IMG/VR virus record: IMGVR_UViG_3300042923_000331
Location: 1-62,042 of that record
Direction: 5' to 3' (one strand)
From: a virus
Taxonomy: Duplodnaviria > Caudoviricetes
DNA: 62,042 bases
How positions within the stretch are numbered: the stretch's first letter is position 1; every line of letters begins with the position of its first letter. The notes under the pieces were generated by a model. The model had not been told where the DNA came from. It did no database searches and was given only the letters and a program-made list of their open reading frames with translations. The translations under genes and the position numbers were made by a program. Below, in pieces: positions 18,271 through 26,904 of the stretch.

Positions 18271-19081
18271 AGAATTCCGGTGTCATTTGAATCTGTGTAT
18301 TTGCTTTGCTTTTATCCTGCTTTTCTTCGTTTTGTTCCGGCTCCGGCTCCGGCTCTTTACTTGTTTCTTCCGGTTCCTTGTCGTCCTCAGCCGAAATTTC
18401 TATTTTATTTGCATTTTGTTTTATCTCTTCTTTAACCTCTGTTTTGGTATCCTCAACTATAGTGTAGTCATTTTCGCCTATTTCCACTATTTCGTCTACG
18501 CTATATATGCCCATTATCATATCCGGACAGTTAAGTCTACCAAAGAAACTAGCTGCTCTATATTTAATCATAACTTCCGGCATGGTTTTCCATTTACTCA
18601 TATTTTTATCAAGCCAGCCCTCATCTTTTGCCATTTGCATTGTTATTTCTGTTCCGGTTACTTTATGACCGTTCCAATCTTCCGCCCATGCTGTGCATTT
18701 CATGTTCATGCCGGTGCCTGTTAAATCATATTGTAGCTCTGTTTTATATTTTTTTGAGCTGTTAATTACTGCAATTATATATTGACTACTCCACGCCGGT
18801 CTGCCGTTTACTACGTATAAATTTTGCATTACCATCATCGGGCTAGTATTCATTCTTGTTGCCATATCAAGTGCTATTAGTACGTTTGCTGGATTGTTCT
18901 GATAATCTTTTGGAACAATTGTGCTCTCAGCCAGCGCTTTTGCCATGTATATGGCTGCTTTAAATGCTTGATAATCGCTGAAAATATCAGTATTTTTAAA
19001 ATTAACATTGTTCATTGTATCCGGGAGTAAGCTCTCTTTTTGCTCTTTTGGTTTTACTTCATTTGTTTTTTGCTCTGCCAT
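18269..19081 (-). CDS. RecT/Red-beta-like single-strand annealing protein
   Basis: VPKDYQ..PAN..IA, VMQNLYVVNGRP.W, KWKTMPEVM..YRAASFFGR. Confidence 0.8.
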   Translation of the reverse strand: MAEQKTNEVKPKEQKESLLPDTMNNVNFKNTDIFSDYQAFKAAIYMAKALAESTIVPKDYQNNPANVLIALDMATRMNTSPMMVMQNLYVVNGRPAWSSQYIIAVINSSKKYKTELQYDLTGTGMNMKCTAWAEDWNGHKVTGTEITMQMAKDEGWLDKNMSKWKTMPEVMIKYRAASFFGRLNCPDMIMGIYSVDEIVEIGENDYTIVEDTKTEVKEEIKQNANKIEISAEDDKEPEETSKEPEPEPEQNEEKQDKSKANTQIQMTPEF

Positions 19082-19407
19082 TCCTCATTCTCCTTAAAAT
19101 TTTTTAGTATTTTTTCACATTCAAATGTGCTTGCTTCGCAATCTTCTTTTTCTGTACAATCGTAACAATATACGTCTCGTAACCAATCATCTATGCCGTC
19201 ATATTCGAATTCGCTTTCGCCGTTTTCACTGCAATATGTTGTTATTATATTATTGCATGAATTATGCAGCTTTCTATCAAAAAATTCACCATCATATTTT
19301 CCACTCTGCCGGTGATATTTTTCACCCGGCAGAATAACTCCTCTGCACATTTCGCATTTGTGCTCTTTCTTTGCTTTAGGTGTTAAATCTGTGAAAAAAT
19401 CTAACAT
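19054..19407 (-). CDS. Cys-rich hypothetical protein
   Basis: KAKKEHKCEMC..I.PGE.Y. Confidence 0.7.
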   Translation of the reverse strand: MLDFFTDLTPKAKKEHKCEMCRGVILPGEKYHRQSGKYDGEFFDRKLHNSCNNIITTYCSENGESEFEYDGIDDWLRDVYCYDCTEKEDCEASTFECEKILKNFKENEEWQSKKQMK

Positions 19408-19408
19408 T

Positions 19409-19693
19409 TTATTGCTCCTGTTTTTTTAATTCTTTTTGTATTATAATTGTTCTTTCTAAAAGTGAATCTGCTGTTATTTTAAAAATTGCCGGTGAGCTTG
19501 CTTCTATCATTCCAGCTACTGCTCTTAATACAACTATTGCTAAAGGCAAATCGCTGTAAGGTATTTCTTTTAAAACAGCTTGAATTTTTTCCGTGTATTC
19601 TTGCATATTTTCGTTCATTATTTCGTCCATTTTTTTTACGTCCCACGCTTGAATGTTTCTTTCTACCATTTTTTGTGGTATTGATTTAATCAT
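19409..19693 (-). CDS. Hypothetical protein
   Basis: ORF with RBS. Confidence 0.65.
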   Translation of the reverse strand: MIKSIPQKMVERNIQAWDVKKMDEIMNENMQEYTEKIQAVLKEIPYSDLPLAIVVLRAVAGMIEASSPAIFKITADSLLERTIIIQKELKKQEQ

Positions 19694-19708
19694 TTTTTGC
19701 TCCTCCTA

Positions 19709-19915
19709 TTATTTTACTTGTACGAAATCCATTATGAAATCAACCGCTTCTTCATAACTCTGTGCTTCGTCAAATACTTTGTCTATAAGCTCGTCCGCTT
19801 TTTCATGTAGTCCTGCGTTGCGTAAAGCTCTTGCTGCTATACTTGTTATATTTATTATATTTCCATTTGTGCCGCTCAGTATTGCTACAGGCTTTGTTAA
19901 TGTCGCTATCATCAT
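19709..19915 (-). CDS. Conserved small hypothetical protein
   Basis: First gene after the 19968-19996 promoter. Confidence 0.7.
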   Translation of the reverse strand: MMIATLTKPVAILSGTNGNIINITSIAARALRNAGLHEKADELIDKVFDEAQSYEEAVDFIMDFVQVK

Positions 19916-19967
19916 TTCTACACTCTCCCTTTCGTATACTTATAGTCGGGAATCTTCCCTTACTATA

Positions 19968-19996
19968 AGTATACTTCCAATATGGAGAAATGTAAA
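19968..19996 (-). promoter_or_regulatory. Sigma-A promoter with spacer operator
   Basis: TTTACA-tttcTCCAtatTGGAag-TATACT (17-nt spacer). Confidence 0.7.
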
Positions 19997-20023
19997 GCTT
20001 TATTTTATCTTTTTTGGATAAAA

Positions 20024-21997
20024 TTATTTGCTTATTTCTAAGGTTCCGTTGCTTATAAGTGTAAGTTCTTCATATCGCTCATCTACTATAAGGCGTATGG
20101 TTTGCGCGTTTGTTTGCTTTGGTTTTGTTACGCTTTCCGCGTTATCTAGTATTATTGGCATCGTTACGTTCCAATGCTGCGCCAGCTTGTCTATAATTTC
20201 AACTCCGGCGTTTATACGGCTTGCATTGTTTGCACTTTTAAAGTTTATCAATCCGGCTTTAGTTGGAACCAACACCTCACATGTGTCTATTATTTGACCG
20301 TCAACTTGCGGTTTAAAAAGCATAAATCTTACTTGGACGAATTGCTCGTTGATTATATCTGTTAGCATGGCGGCTTTGGTTTTAGTAAATTCTTGACATA
20401 ACCACATTCCTCTATCTATTTTATCAAATTCCGCGGATAGCTCTGTTTCTCTCACTTTTAATTCTTCTATTCGCTTATTTAGATTTGCAGCATTTGTTAT
20501 GTCGTAAATCTTATTTCCTAATTCTTTTATTTCTTCGTCTAAGGCGTTTATTTGCCTTTTGAGCTCTTCTCTTGCCGCACTAGCATTATTGCTTTCGTTT
20601 GCTAGTTTCAAATCGATATCTTTAATTAAAAGGGTTAAATCGTTGTATTTTTTCGTGCTATTAAACGCTACTGTCTCAACTCTAGCTTTTAATTGTTTTT
20701 CTTGTTCTTCAAAGCTTGCTATTTGTTCTTTGAGTTGTTGATTCATGGTGTCGCATTCTTTTTGCTGTTCTTCTAATTCTTGTATCATTTCTTTAGAACA
20801 TTCTTTTTTACCTTTTTCGTTTAATTCCTCTAGCTTTTTACTTTTGCTTAAATTGAACATTGCCATGGCTTGTTCTATTTTCTCTGCTGGGATTGTTTGA
20901 CCGCATGTTGGACATATGGTGTCACCGGTATATTGTTCAGCTGCTATTTTTTGATACTCTTCGAACAGTTTTGCTCTTTGGTTATTCATAACTTCTATCT
21001 TCATTTTTAAGTTATTTGATTTGATAGTTGCTTTTGTGGCTTCTTGTTCAAGCTCTATCTTCTTTGTTATTTTCCCTGCAATTTCATTTGTAACCATTTT
21101 ATTTTTGACATTCAATTCTTCCGTGTGCGCTGTTTCTGCCTGCGCAAGCTGCAATTTTAAATTTTGTTGTTGCGCCTGTAAAACCGCCGTTGCTGTGCTC
21201 TCTATATTTGCCATATCAGCCTGTATTTTGGCTTTTGCCGCATTTTTTTCAGCTATTTGAGCGTTTATAATATAAACGTTAAGCCCTTTAATATTCGGCA
21301 TCGCTCGGGTTACTTCATCAATTCTTGATGGTAGGTTCTGCAGCTCTTCGTTTATTTGTTTAAGTTTTGCTTTTCCTATTTTCAAAAACTCGTCTACTGT
21401 GTAATATTGGTCGGTTGTTCCGGGCTTTTTTAAGTATTCAAGCAATGGCTTAAGTTCTTTTTTATTACTAATAACATCCGAATCTGCTATATCTCCGCAC
21501 AGCTCTAAAAGTAATTCTCTGCGCTTTTGCCATTCTAAGTCCTCTGAAAAATACGTTGGTGAGGTTAACATTTTTGTTTGCTCTATGTTACAAATCGCGT
21601 CTAGTCGGTCTTTGTATGCCTTTTCACTTACCGGCACACCGTCTAAATAATGCTGTATCGGGTTTCCTTTAAAGCTCTTTTCATTGGTGCCCTTTTGTTT
21701 TACCCAATTTTCCTGCAGCTCTTTTTTAAGCACCAGCTGGCTGCCATCGTCTTGTATAAATGTTCCCTCGGCGCTATGAATTAAAAAGTGTATTTCCTCG
21801 CCGTCTTTTTGAGTTTTTGGTGTATAGCTTTTTTCTCCTGTAATTGGTTTTCCGTATAGTAAAAAAGCTATAGAATTTCCGAATGTTGTTTTTCCGGTGT
21901 CGTTATCACCGCGCAGTTCTATGCCGTCGCCGTCGCCTTCGTATAGTAATTTTTTAATTCCTTGGTAGTTTTCTAAAACTAATTTTTTTAATCTCAT
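20024..21997 (-). CDS. SbcC/Rad50-like coiled-coil ATPase
   Basis: Walker A GDNDTGKTT, long coiled coil with CPTC hook, Walker B IILDNAE. Confidence 0.85.
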   Translation of the reverse strand: MRLKKLVLENYQGIKKLLYEGDGDGIELRGDNDTGKTTFGNSIAFLLYGKPITGEKSYTPKTQKDGEEIHFLIHSAEGTFIQDDGSQLVLKKELQENWVKQKGTNEKSFKGNPIQHYLDGVPVSEKAYKDRLDAICNIEQTKMLTSPTYFSEDLEWQKRRELLLELCGDIADSDVISNKKELKPLLEYLKKPGTTDQYYTVDEFLKIGKAKLKQINEELQNLPSRIDEVTRAMPNIKGLNVYIINAQIAEKNAAKAKIQADMANIESTATAVLQAQQQNLKLQLAQAETAHTEELNVKNKMVTNEIAGKITKKIELEQEATKATIKSNNLKMKIEVMNNQRAKLFEEYQKIAAEQYTGDTICPTCGQTIPAEKIEQAMAMFNLSKSKKLEELNEKGKKECSKEMIQELEEQQKECDTMNQQLKEQIASFEEQEKQLKARVETVAFNSTKKYNDLTLLIKDIDLKLANESNNASAAREELKRQINALDEEIKELGNKIYDITNAANLNKRIEELKVRETELSAEFDKIDRGMWLCQEFTKTKAAMLTDIINEQFVQVRFMLFKPQVDGQIIDTCEVLVPTKAGLINFKSANNASRINAGVEIIDKLAQHWNVTMPIILDNAESVTKPKQTNAQTIRLIVDERYEELTLISNGTLEISK

Positions 21998-22015
21998 GGT
22001 TTTCTCCTTTGTTTT

Positions 22016-22267
22016 TTATAGTGATTTATTAAGTTCTCTTATACATTTTTTACATATGCACACGCTGTTTTTGAATTTAAGCTCTTCTGTTTCACTTTCA
22101 TCGCATATTGCGCATTTAATGGCGTATTTTTTTATGATTATACTGTCTTTATCAACAAAAATCTCCATTTCGTCTTGTTCGTTAATTCCTAAAGTTCTCC
22201 TTAATTCTTTCGGCAACACCACTCTGCCTAAATCGTCAATTCTTCTTACTATTCCTGTTGCTTTCAT
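22016..22267 (-). CDS. abrB: AbrB family transition-state regulator
   Basis: MKATGIVRRIDDLGRVVLPKELRRTLGI plus C-terminal CxxC...CxxC. Confidence 0.93.
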   Translation of the reverse strand: MKATGIVRRIDDLGRVVLPKELRRTLGINEQDEMEIFVDKDSIIIKKYAIKCAICDESETEELKFKNSVCICKKCIRELNKSL

Positions 22268-22306
22268 TTTTTATCCTCCGTTTTTTAATTTTCTATATTT
22301 TGTCTA

Positions 22307-22335
22307 TTGACAATAATATCGTATTATAGTAATAT
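22307..22335 (+). promoter_or_regulatory. Plus-strand sigma-A promoter for the putative sRNA
   Basis: TTGACA(22307)-N17-TAATAT(22330). Confidence 0.6.
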
Positions 22336-22341
22336 GCAAGT

Positions 22342-22405
22342 GTAAGCGGTCGCTCCGCTTGCATCTTTCGTTTAAAGCCGCTCGGTTCGCTCCGGCGGTT
22401 TTTTT
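22342..22405 (+). ncRNA. Putative ~64-nt two-hairpin antisense sRNA (loops UCGCU / UUCGCU closed by GG/CC)
   Basis: Own promoter, two GC-rich hairpins with the same loop, terminal U7; loops complementary to GGAGCGA RBSs. Confidence 0.55.
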
Positions 22406-23030
22406 ATTGTGCTTCAAAGTCGTTATAAGCTGCTATTACTTTTTTGCTGTAGGAGCTTTCTGTTATTCCTTGAACCCACTTTTTTTGTGCACCAGCTTCG
22501 CCATGGTTGTATGCCATTAAAGCCAAATGCAAATCCTCATATTTCATTAAATCGCTTAACATCAAAATTCCAGCTTCTATATTTCCTCTTGTTGTCATTA
22601 CGTCTACGCCTATTTTTTTTAGCCATCCATGGTTGCATTCGTTTATTTGCATTATTCCATAGTCGCTTGTTTTGCTTACGGTTTCTGTATTAAAACCACT
22701 TTCTATCTGCATTACTGCTAGTATTAAATTATAGGGCACACCGTATTCTTTGCACTTTTCATATGTATATGTTTGTAGTTCCTCTGATAAAGGAATATTT
22801 TTTATGTATGCTGGCGGCTTTACTTCTGCCGTCCGCTCTGCTTCGATATCCGGATTGAGTGTTAGTTCAATCGCCGGCATATCTTTCGTTAAAATCGATT
22901 TTGGCGTTCCATGCGGTACCGTTACGGCTTGTCCTAAAGTTTCTATATTTAATGCCGCTATGATAGCGGCAAATAACAAAACTTTTCTTGCTTTCATCTT
23001 TTGTACCTCGGTTCGTTTTTTATGCGTCAC
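22404..23030 (-). CDS. Secreted lytic transglycosylase (SLT domain)
   Basis: Signal-like N-terminus; AVMQIESGF, YGIMQIN, ALMAYNHG. Confidence 0.88.
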   Translation of the reverse strand: MTHKKRTEVQKMKARKVLLFAAIIAALNIETLGQAVTVPHGTPKSILTKDMPAIELTLNPDIEAERTAEVKPPAYIKNIPLSEELQTYTYEKCKEYGVPYNLILAVMQIESGFNTETVSKTSDYGIMQINECNHGWLKKIGVDVMTTRGNIEAGILMLSDLMKYEDLHLALMAYNHGEAGAQKKWVQGITESSYSKKVIAAYNDFEAQ

Positions 23031-23048
23031 TCCGCTTGCTCTTTCGTA

Positions 23049-23273
23049 TTATTTTTCGATTTGTATTTGTTCATCAAAGAATACATCCTCAATCGTCAGA
23101 TTCAAATCATAAGTTTCGTTTAAAAAATCGGTTATTTTCTTTGCTTCTACTAAGGAAAATTTCAAGTCGCCGGCTTCTTTTTTGTAATATGTTCCTACAC
23201 TCTCAACGCCTATTACTTCTGCCATTTTAGCTGCAGGAATATTAAAATCTACTCTGAATCTTTTTACACTCAT
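23049..23273 (-). CDS. XRE-family HTH regulator (candidate operator-binding repressor)
   Basis: KMAEVIGV..VGTYYKKEAG..KFSLVEAKKI; likely start MSVKRF; its own promoter carries the operator. Confidence 0.8.
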   Translation of the reverse strand: MSVKRFRVDFNIPAAKMAEVIGVESVGTYYKKEAGDLKFSLVEAKKITDFLNETYDLNLTIEDVFFDEQIQIEK

Positions 23274-23333
23274 TTTTTCACCCTCTTTATTATTGGTTTC
23301 GTTTATAGACAAAATCTTGTATCTATTAAAGAC

Positions 23334-23362
23334 ATTATACTCTCCATTTTGGAAATTGTCAA
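23334..23362 (-). promoter_or_regulatory. Consensus sigma-A promoter with spacer operator
   Basis: TTGACA-attTCCAaaaTGGAgag-TATAAT. Confidence 0.8.
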
Positions 23363-23370
23363 ACTTTTTA

Positions 23371-23805
23371 TTATTTATGTTTGTATATTGTTACATTCAC
23401 ATCCTGCATTACTTCTTCGATGGTGGCTTCTACTTCGTCCCAATTTCCGCCGGCTATGCCGCAGCTTAATTTGTATGGTAAAGCCACACTCATGTTGTTT
23501 TGTTTTGCAAAATCCGCCAGCTGCTTCAAGGCTTTTTTTAATTCGTGTAATCTATAATCGGCGCCCGGTTGAAATTGTCCGAATATGTTTGCTATAATTT
23601 TTCCTTTATCTTTTACAAAATACGTTGTGCCTAACATGGCTGTGGCTACTATTGCTTCGCAGCAATTTTTATAATACTTGCCTGCTTTTTCGTATTTTTC
23701 GAATATATCGCCGGCAAGTCCACCGGCGATTCCAAAACAGTTTGTTTGGTGACCGATTATATCTTCGGTCGCGTTTAATATATTACCAATTTTATATATT
23801 ATCAT
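23371..23805 (-). CDS. Macrodomain protein (Poa1/TARG1-like ADP-ribose processing)
   Basis: GNIL, HQTNCFG..GGLA, IANIFGQ, PYKLSCGIAGGNW. Confidence 0.88.
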   Translation of the reverse strand: MIIYKIGNILNATEDIIGHQTNCFGIAGGLAGDIFEKYEKAGKYYKNCCEAIVATAMLGTTYFVKDKGKIIANIFGQFQPGADYRLHELKKALKQLADFAKQNNMSVALPYKLSCGIAGGNWDEVEATIEEVMQDVNVTIYKHK

Positions 23806-24317
23806 TTAGCCCTCCTAATAAAATTACTATATTCGTCTAGTGTTACGTATTTACATTTAACTCCGTTTCTTTTTTGTGTAGTTGATTTTTTTACACCCTC
23901 TACTAGCGGCGATATGTCCCAGCCAGCCGTTTCGTATCCTGCAGCTATTACGTTATAATAGTATTCTGATGGTGCTCCAAGGTTCCCATAATTCATTATA
24001 TATATCATTACTTTTTCGCCGTCTATGTCTATATATTCTTTGCGGTAAAGGTAAGGGTATCCCTCGTAAGCGTCTAAGTTTATTTCGTCTTTTGCTGATA
24101 CTTCCCATATTAGAATCGGTACGTTACAGCCTTTTTTTGGCTCTACGGTCGCTACAGCTCCGCCGCTTGAGCTTCTGCCGGTTGTTCTAAATAAAAGTTC
24201 GTAATCTTTTAATTCTGTCGCTCTGACGATTCTCGCGTCCGGGCATCTTCTTTCCATTTGTGGTAAATTTAAGTTGCTTCCGTATGCGGCATATAGTTTT
24301 CTAGTATTCTTTTTCAT
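23802..24317 (-). CDS. Gamma-glutamylcyclotransferase (GGCT/AIG2-like)
   Basis: LYAAYGSNLN..QM..RCP, LDAYEGYP; likely start MKKN. Confidence 0.9.
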   Translation of the reverse strand: MKKNTRKLYAAYGSNLNLPQMERRCPDARIVRATELKDYELLFRTTGRSSSGGAVATVEPKKGCNVPILIWEVSAKDEINLDAYEGYPYLYRKEYIDIDGEKVMIYIMNYGNLGAPSEYYYNVIAAGYETAGWDISPLVEGVKKSTTQKRNGVKCKYVTLDEYSNFIRRAK

Positions 24318-24330
24318 TGTAATTCCTCCC

Positions 24331-24771
24331 TTATATTCTTTCGCCTGCAAATCTGCAGCCGGTATATTTCCATGTTCCGTTTATTTTTTGTAGCGTCATG
24401 TATGTTCCACGCCATTTTCCGTTTGCGTCCTCTTTATGTGAGTACGGCTCGCCTATTTGTAGCAAGTCTTTTTCTATTGTTCTTGGTGGCATTATCTCTA
24501 AGAAATATTCGTACATTTCTAAATCTACGTCGTCGCCCTCTTGCAAATAGTCGCTTAAATTCTGTTTGCTCTCTTCCCAGCCTTTATATGTTTTAGTATG
24601 CCTTTGGCTAAAAGTTTCCATCCATTCTACAAGTAAGCTTCTTGCTTCTTTATCGCCTATATTAAAAGCTTTTTCTATATAAGGGCTTGCTCCGAACATG
24701 TTTGTTGCTCCGGACTCTCTTAGTTTGTCTAAAAACTCGAATACTTTTTCTTTGTCTATTTCTTTATTCAT
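24331..24771 (-). CDS. Two-domain conserved hypothetical protein
   Basis: LRESGATNMFGA.PY domain + MPP...QIGEPYSH domain. Confidence 0.7.
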   Translation of the reverse strand: MNKEIDKEKVFEFLDKLRESGATNMFGASPYIEKAFNIGDKEARSLLVEWMETFSQRHTKTYKGWEESKQNLSDYLQEGDDVDLEMYEYFLEIMPPRTIEKDLLQIGEPYSHKEDANGKWRGTYMTLQKINGTWKYTGCRFAGERI

Positions 24772-24795
24772 TATATTTCCCTCCTATTGGGTGGC

Positions 24796-25788
24796 TTATG
24801 CCACCCCTATTGTATTATTATTTATTGTTACTGCTGCTGCAGTTGTTATCTCGTCTTTTTTCTTGTTTCTGTTTTGGTAGCTTGCGTATGTGTTTGGGTC
24901 GTGTCTCCAAGCTGCGTTTCCGGTCAAGTTTGCTAGTAGGTGGTCGCGTGTCGTTTTGAATTCGTCACCTATCATTCCTAGTGTTAGCAGCCAGCATCTA
25001 AATGCGTATTTGTCGTTGTCTGTTATCGGCTTTTGTGCTTTTGCTCTCTTCTGGTTTATTGCCTGCGCACTCATTGCTAGTGAAAGGTTTATATATGCTT
25101 TTATTTTGCCGGCGTGTAAGGTTCCGTTGTACATTCTGAATTCTATTGTTCTTTTGCTTCCGCTACGTTGCCAAATGTTATGCAAGTTTAGCATTCTATA
25201 TCTTGAGTGGTTGTAATGGTCGGTTCTGTTATATTCGTTTCCCTCGTACCAAAGGTCGGCAAGTTCATCGTCTGTTACGGCTTTTTTCTCGCCTAGTTTT
25301 TTTACGAATGTTAATTCTGTTTTCTTGCAGTAGCTTATGCGGTTACGCTTTATTTTAAGGCTTTTTTCAAGCAAATCCTCTTTACTGTACATTATGTTTA
25401 CTAGGTTTTTTACTGTTTGCGGTGTGTGGTATGTGCTATAGTCTACATGTACGTGTATTCCGCAAAGGTCGTTTGCTCTTGCTCCGGCTGCTTTTAAATT
25501 TCTTACTATCTGTTGCAATGTTTCTATGTCTTTGTACTGTAGCGGCGGCGTTACTAGCTCGCAGTTTGTTGGGTCGTTTCTAAGGTTGCTTAAGCTTGAG
25601 TCGCTCTCTATCTTCCACGTTCTTCCCTCGCCGTCTATTATTCCTCTTTCGTCTAAGTATCCTGTCATTCTGTGTGCGCTAGTTCCAAAAAAATCTGCTA
25701 CTACTTGCGCTGCGTTTACTCTTGTTATTCCTACAAATTCTACCTCTACTCCGAATCCTTGTTTTGTTATAAGCTCTTTATTTGTCAT
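24796..25788 (-). CDS. Putative amidoligase (COOH-NH2 ligase type 2)
   Basis: FGVEVE, DSSL, CELVTP, CGIHVHV, RYRMLN, TIEFR. Confidence 0.9.
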   Translation of the reverse strand: MTNKELITKQGFGVEVEFVGITRVNAAQVVADFFGTSAHRMTGYLDERGIIDGEGRTWKIESDSSLSNLRNDPTNCELVTPPLQYKDIETLQQIVRNLKAAGARANDLCGIHVHVDYSTYHTPQTVKNLVNIMYSKEDLLEKSLKIKRNRISYCKKTELTFVKKLGEKKAVTDDELADLWYEGNEYNRTDHYNHSRYRMLNLHNIWQRSGSKRTIEFRMYNGTLHAGKIKAYINLSLAMSAQAINQKRAKAQKPITDNDKYAFRCWLLTLGMIGDEFKTTRDHLLANLTGNAAWRHDPNTYASYQNRNKKKDEITTAAAVTINNNTIGVA

Positions 25789-25846
25789 TTTGACCGCTCC
25801 TCTCTTTTTCGCTCTTTCGTTTTGTGTAGCTCTTCCCTACATACAC

Positions 25847-25875
25847 AGAATACTCCAATTTGGAGAACAAGTCAA
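25847..25875 (-). promoter_or_regulatory. Sigma-A promoter with spacer operator
   Basis: TTGACT-tgttcTCCAaatTGGAg-TATTCT. Confidence 0.75.
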
Positions 25876-25892
25876 CTCTTTTTTATAAACTT

Positions 25893-26063
25893 TTTAAGAT
25901 ATTTTCACAGCTCCGGAGCTGGCATGGTTGCCTGTTCCATTTTTCTGTAATAAGTATTATTAATATTTTCAAAATATTCTATTGCTTCTTTTAATGTTAA
26001 ATTTTTATGAATAACTTCTTCTTTTCCATTCGGTTTTTTTATAACTACTTCATATTTTAACAT
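25893..26063 (-). CDS. Small hypothetical protein, 56 aa
   Basis: Manual translation MLKYEVVIKKPNGKEE..., with GGAGG RBS. Confidence 0.55.
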
Positions 26064-26074
26064 TATATTGCCTC

Positions 26075-26800
26075 CTATTTGATTTCTTTTACTAAAACTC
26101 GCATATGTAGTCTTTGTATGTTATAACCGCCTGCTAGTATTGTTTCAACTTTTGTCATTCCTTTTTCACCCTTTGCCCAGCCGTTTAGTGCTTTACCGCT
26201 ATAATATATATTTCCCCAATCTGTCACGGTTCCTGTTATGTTTATTATCCTGTTATAAAAATCTATTATGAAAAGTTCGGCTTCTCTAAGGTTTATTTTG
26301 TAAAATTCTTCGTCGGTTTTGTTCAAGCTTTCCTCTTCGGTATATTTGTACATTTTCCTAAATTCTTTATAGTCAAGCTCTTTTTTCTTCTGCTGCATTA
26401 CAGCTCTTCTCTTAATGTCTGTCTTTGTCCATTCTTCCGCTAATTCGTTTCTGCATTCTATAAATATAGGTGGCATTTCGTTGTTTATTATGCTTTCCAT
26501 TTCTGTTTGTTTATTGTATTTCGCTTTCCAATTCTCTAGTATTGTTTCGGCTTCTTTTAATTTTTCGGTTGCTGATTTTATATCTTCTATTTTACTTTCG
26601 TATCCACAAATCGCCCAGCATGCGTCGTAATGCTCTTCAGTACCCTGTTTACAATATCTATTATTTTCGTCCCAGCCGTTTTTTCTTATTGCTGCTAATT
26701 TCTTTTCTGCCTGCTCATTATGTCTCTTTATTGTGTTTTTGCATTTTAAAACCTTTTCTTCAGCTTTTATTACTCTTTCTTTTAATTCTATACTTGTCAT
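26075..26800 (-). CDS. Conserved hypothetical early protein
   Basis: Start MTSIEL with AAAGGAGCGAACC RBS; C-terminal TILAGGYNIQRLH.R. Confidence 0.8.
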   Translation of the reverse strand: MTSIELKERVIKAEEKVLKCKNTIKRHNEQAEKKLAAIRKNGWDENNRYCKQGTEEHYDACWAICGYESKIEDIKSATEKLKEAETILENWKAKYNKQTEMESIINNEMPPIFIECRNELAEEWTKTDIKRRAVMQQKKKELDYKEFRKMYKYTEEESLNKTDEEFYKINLREAELFIIDFYNRIINITGTVTDWGNIYYSGKALNGWAKGEKGMTKVETILAGGYNIQRLHMRVLVKEIK

Positions 26801-26839
26801 TTTAGGTTCGCTCCTTTTTTTATTTCTTACTACATTATT

Positions 26840-26868
26840 ATGATATTCCATTTTGGAGAATAAGTCAA
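26840..26868 (-). promoter_or_regulatory. Sigma-A promoter with spacer operator
   Basis: TTGACT-tattcTCCAaaaTGGAa-TATCAT. Confidence 0.75.
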
Positions 26869-26904
26869 CTAGATAAATAAAAATAAAGCGCCCTCTTTTG
26901 GCGC

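Noticed and set aside
18337-18355. Tandem CCGGCT repeats
   Set aside because: They simply encode the EPEPEP linker of the annealing protein
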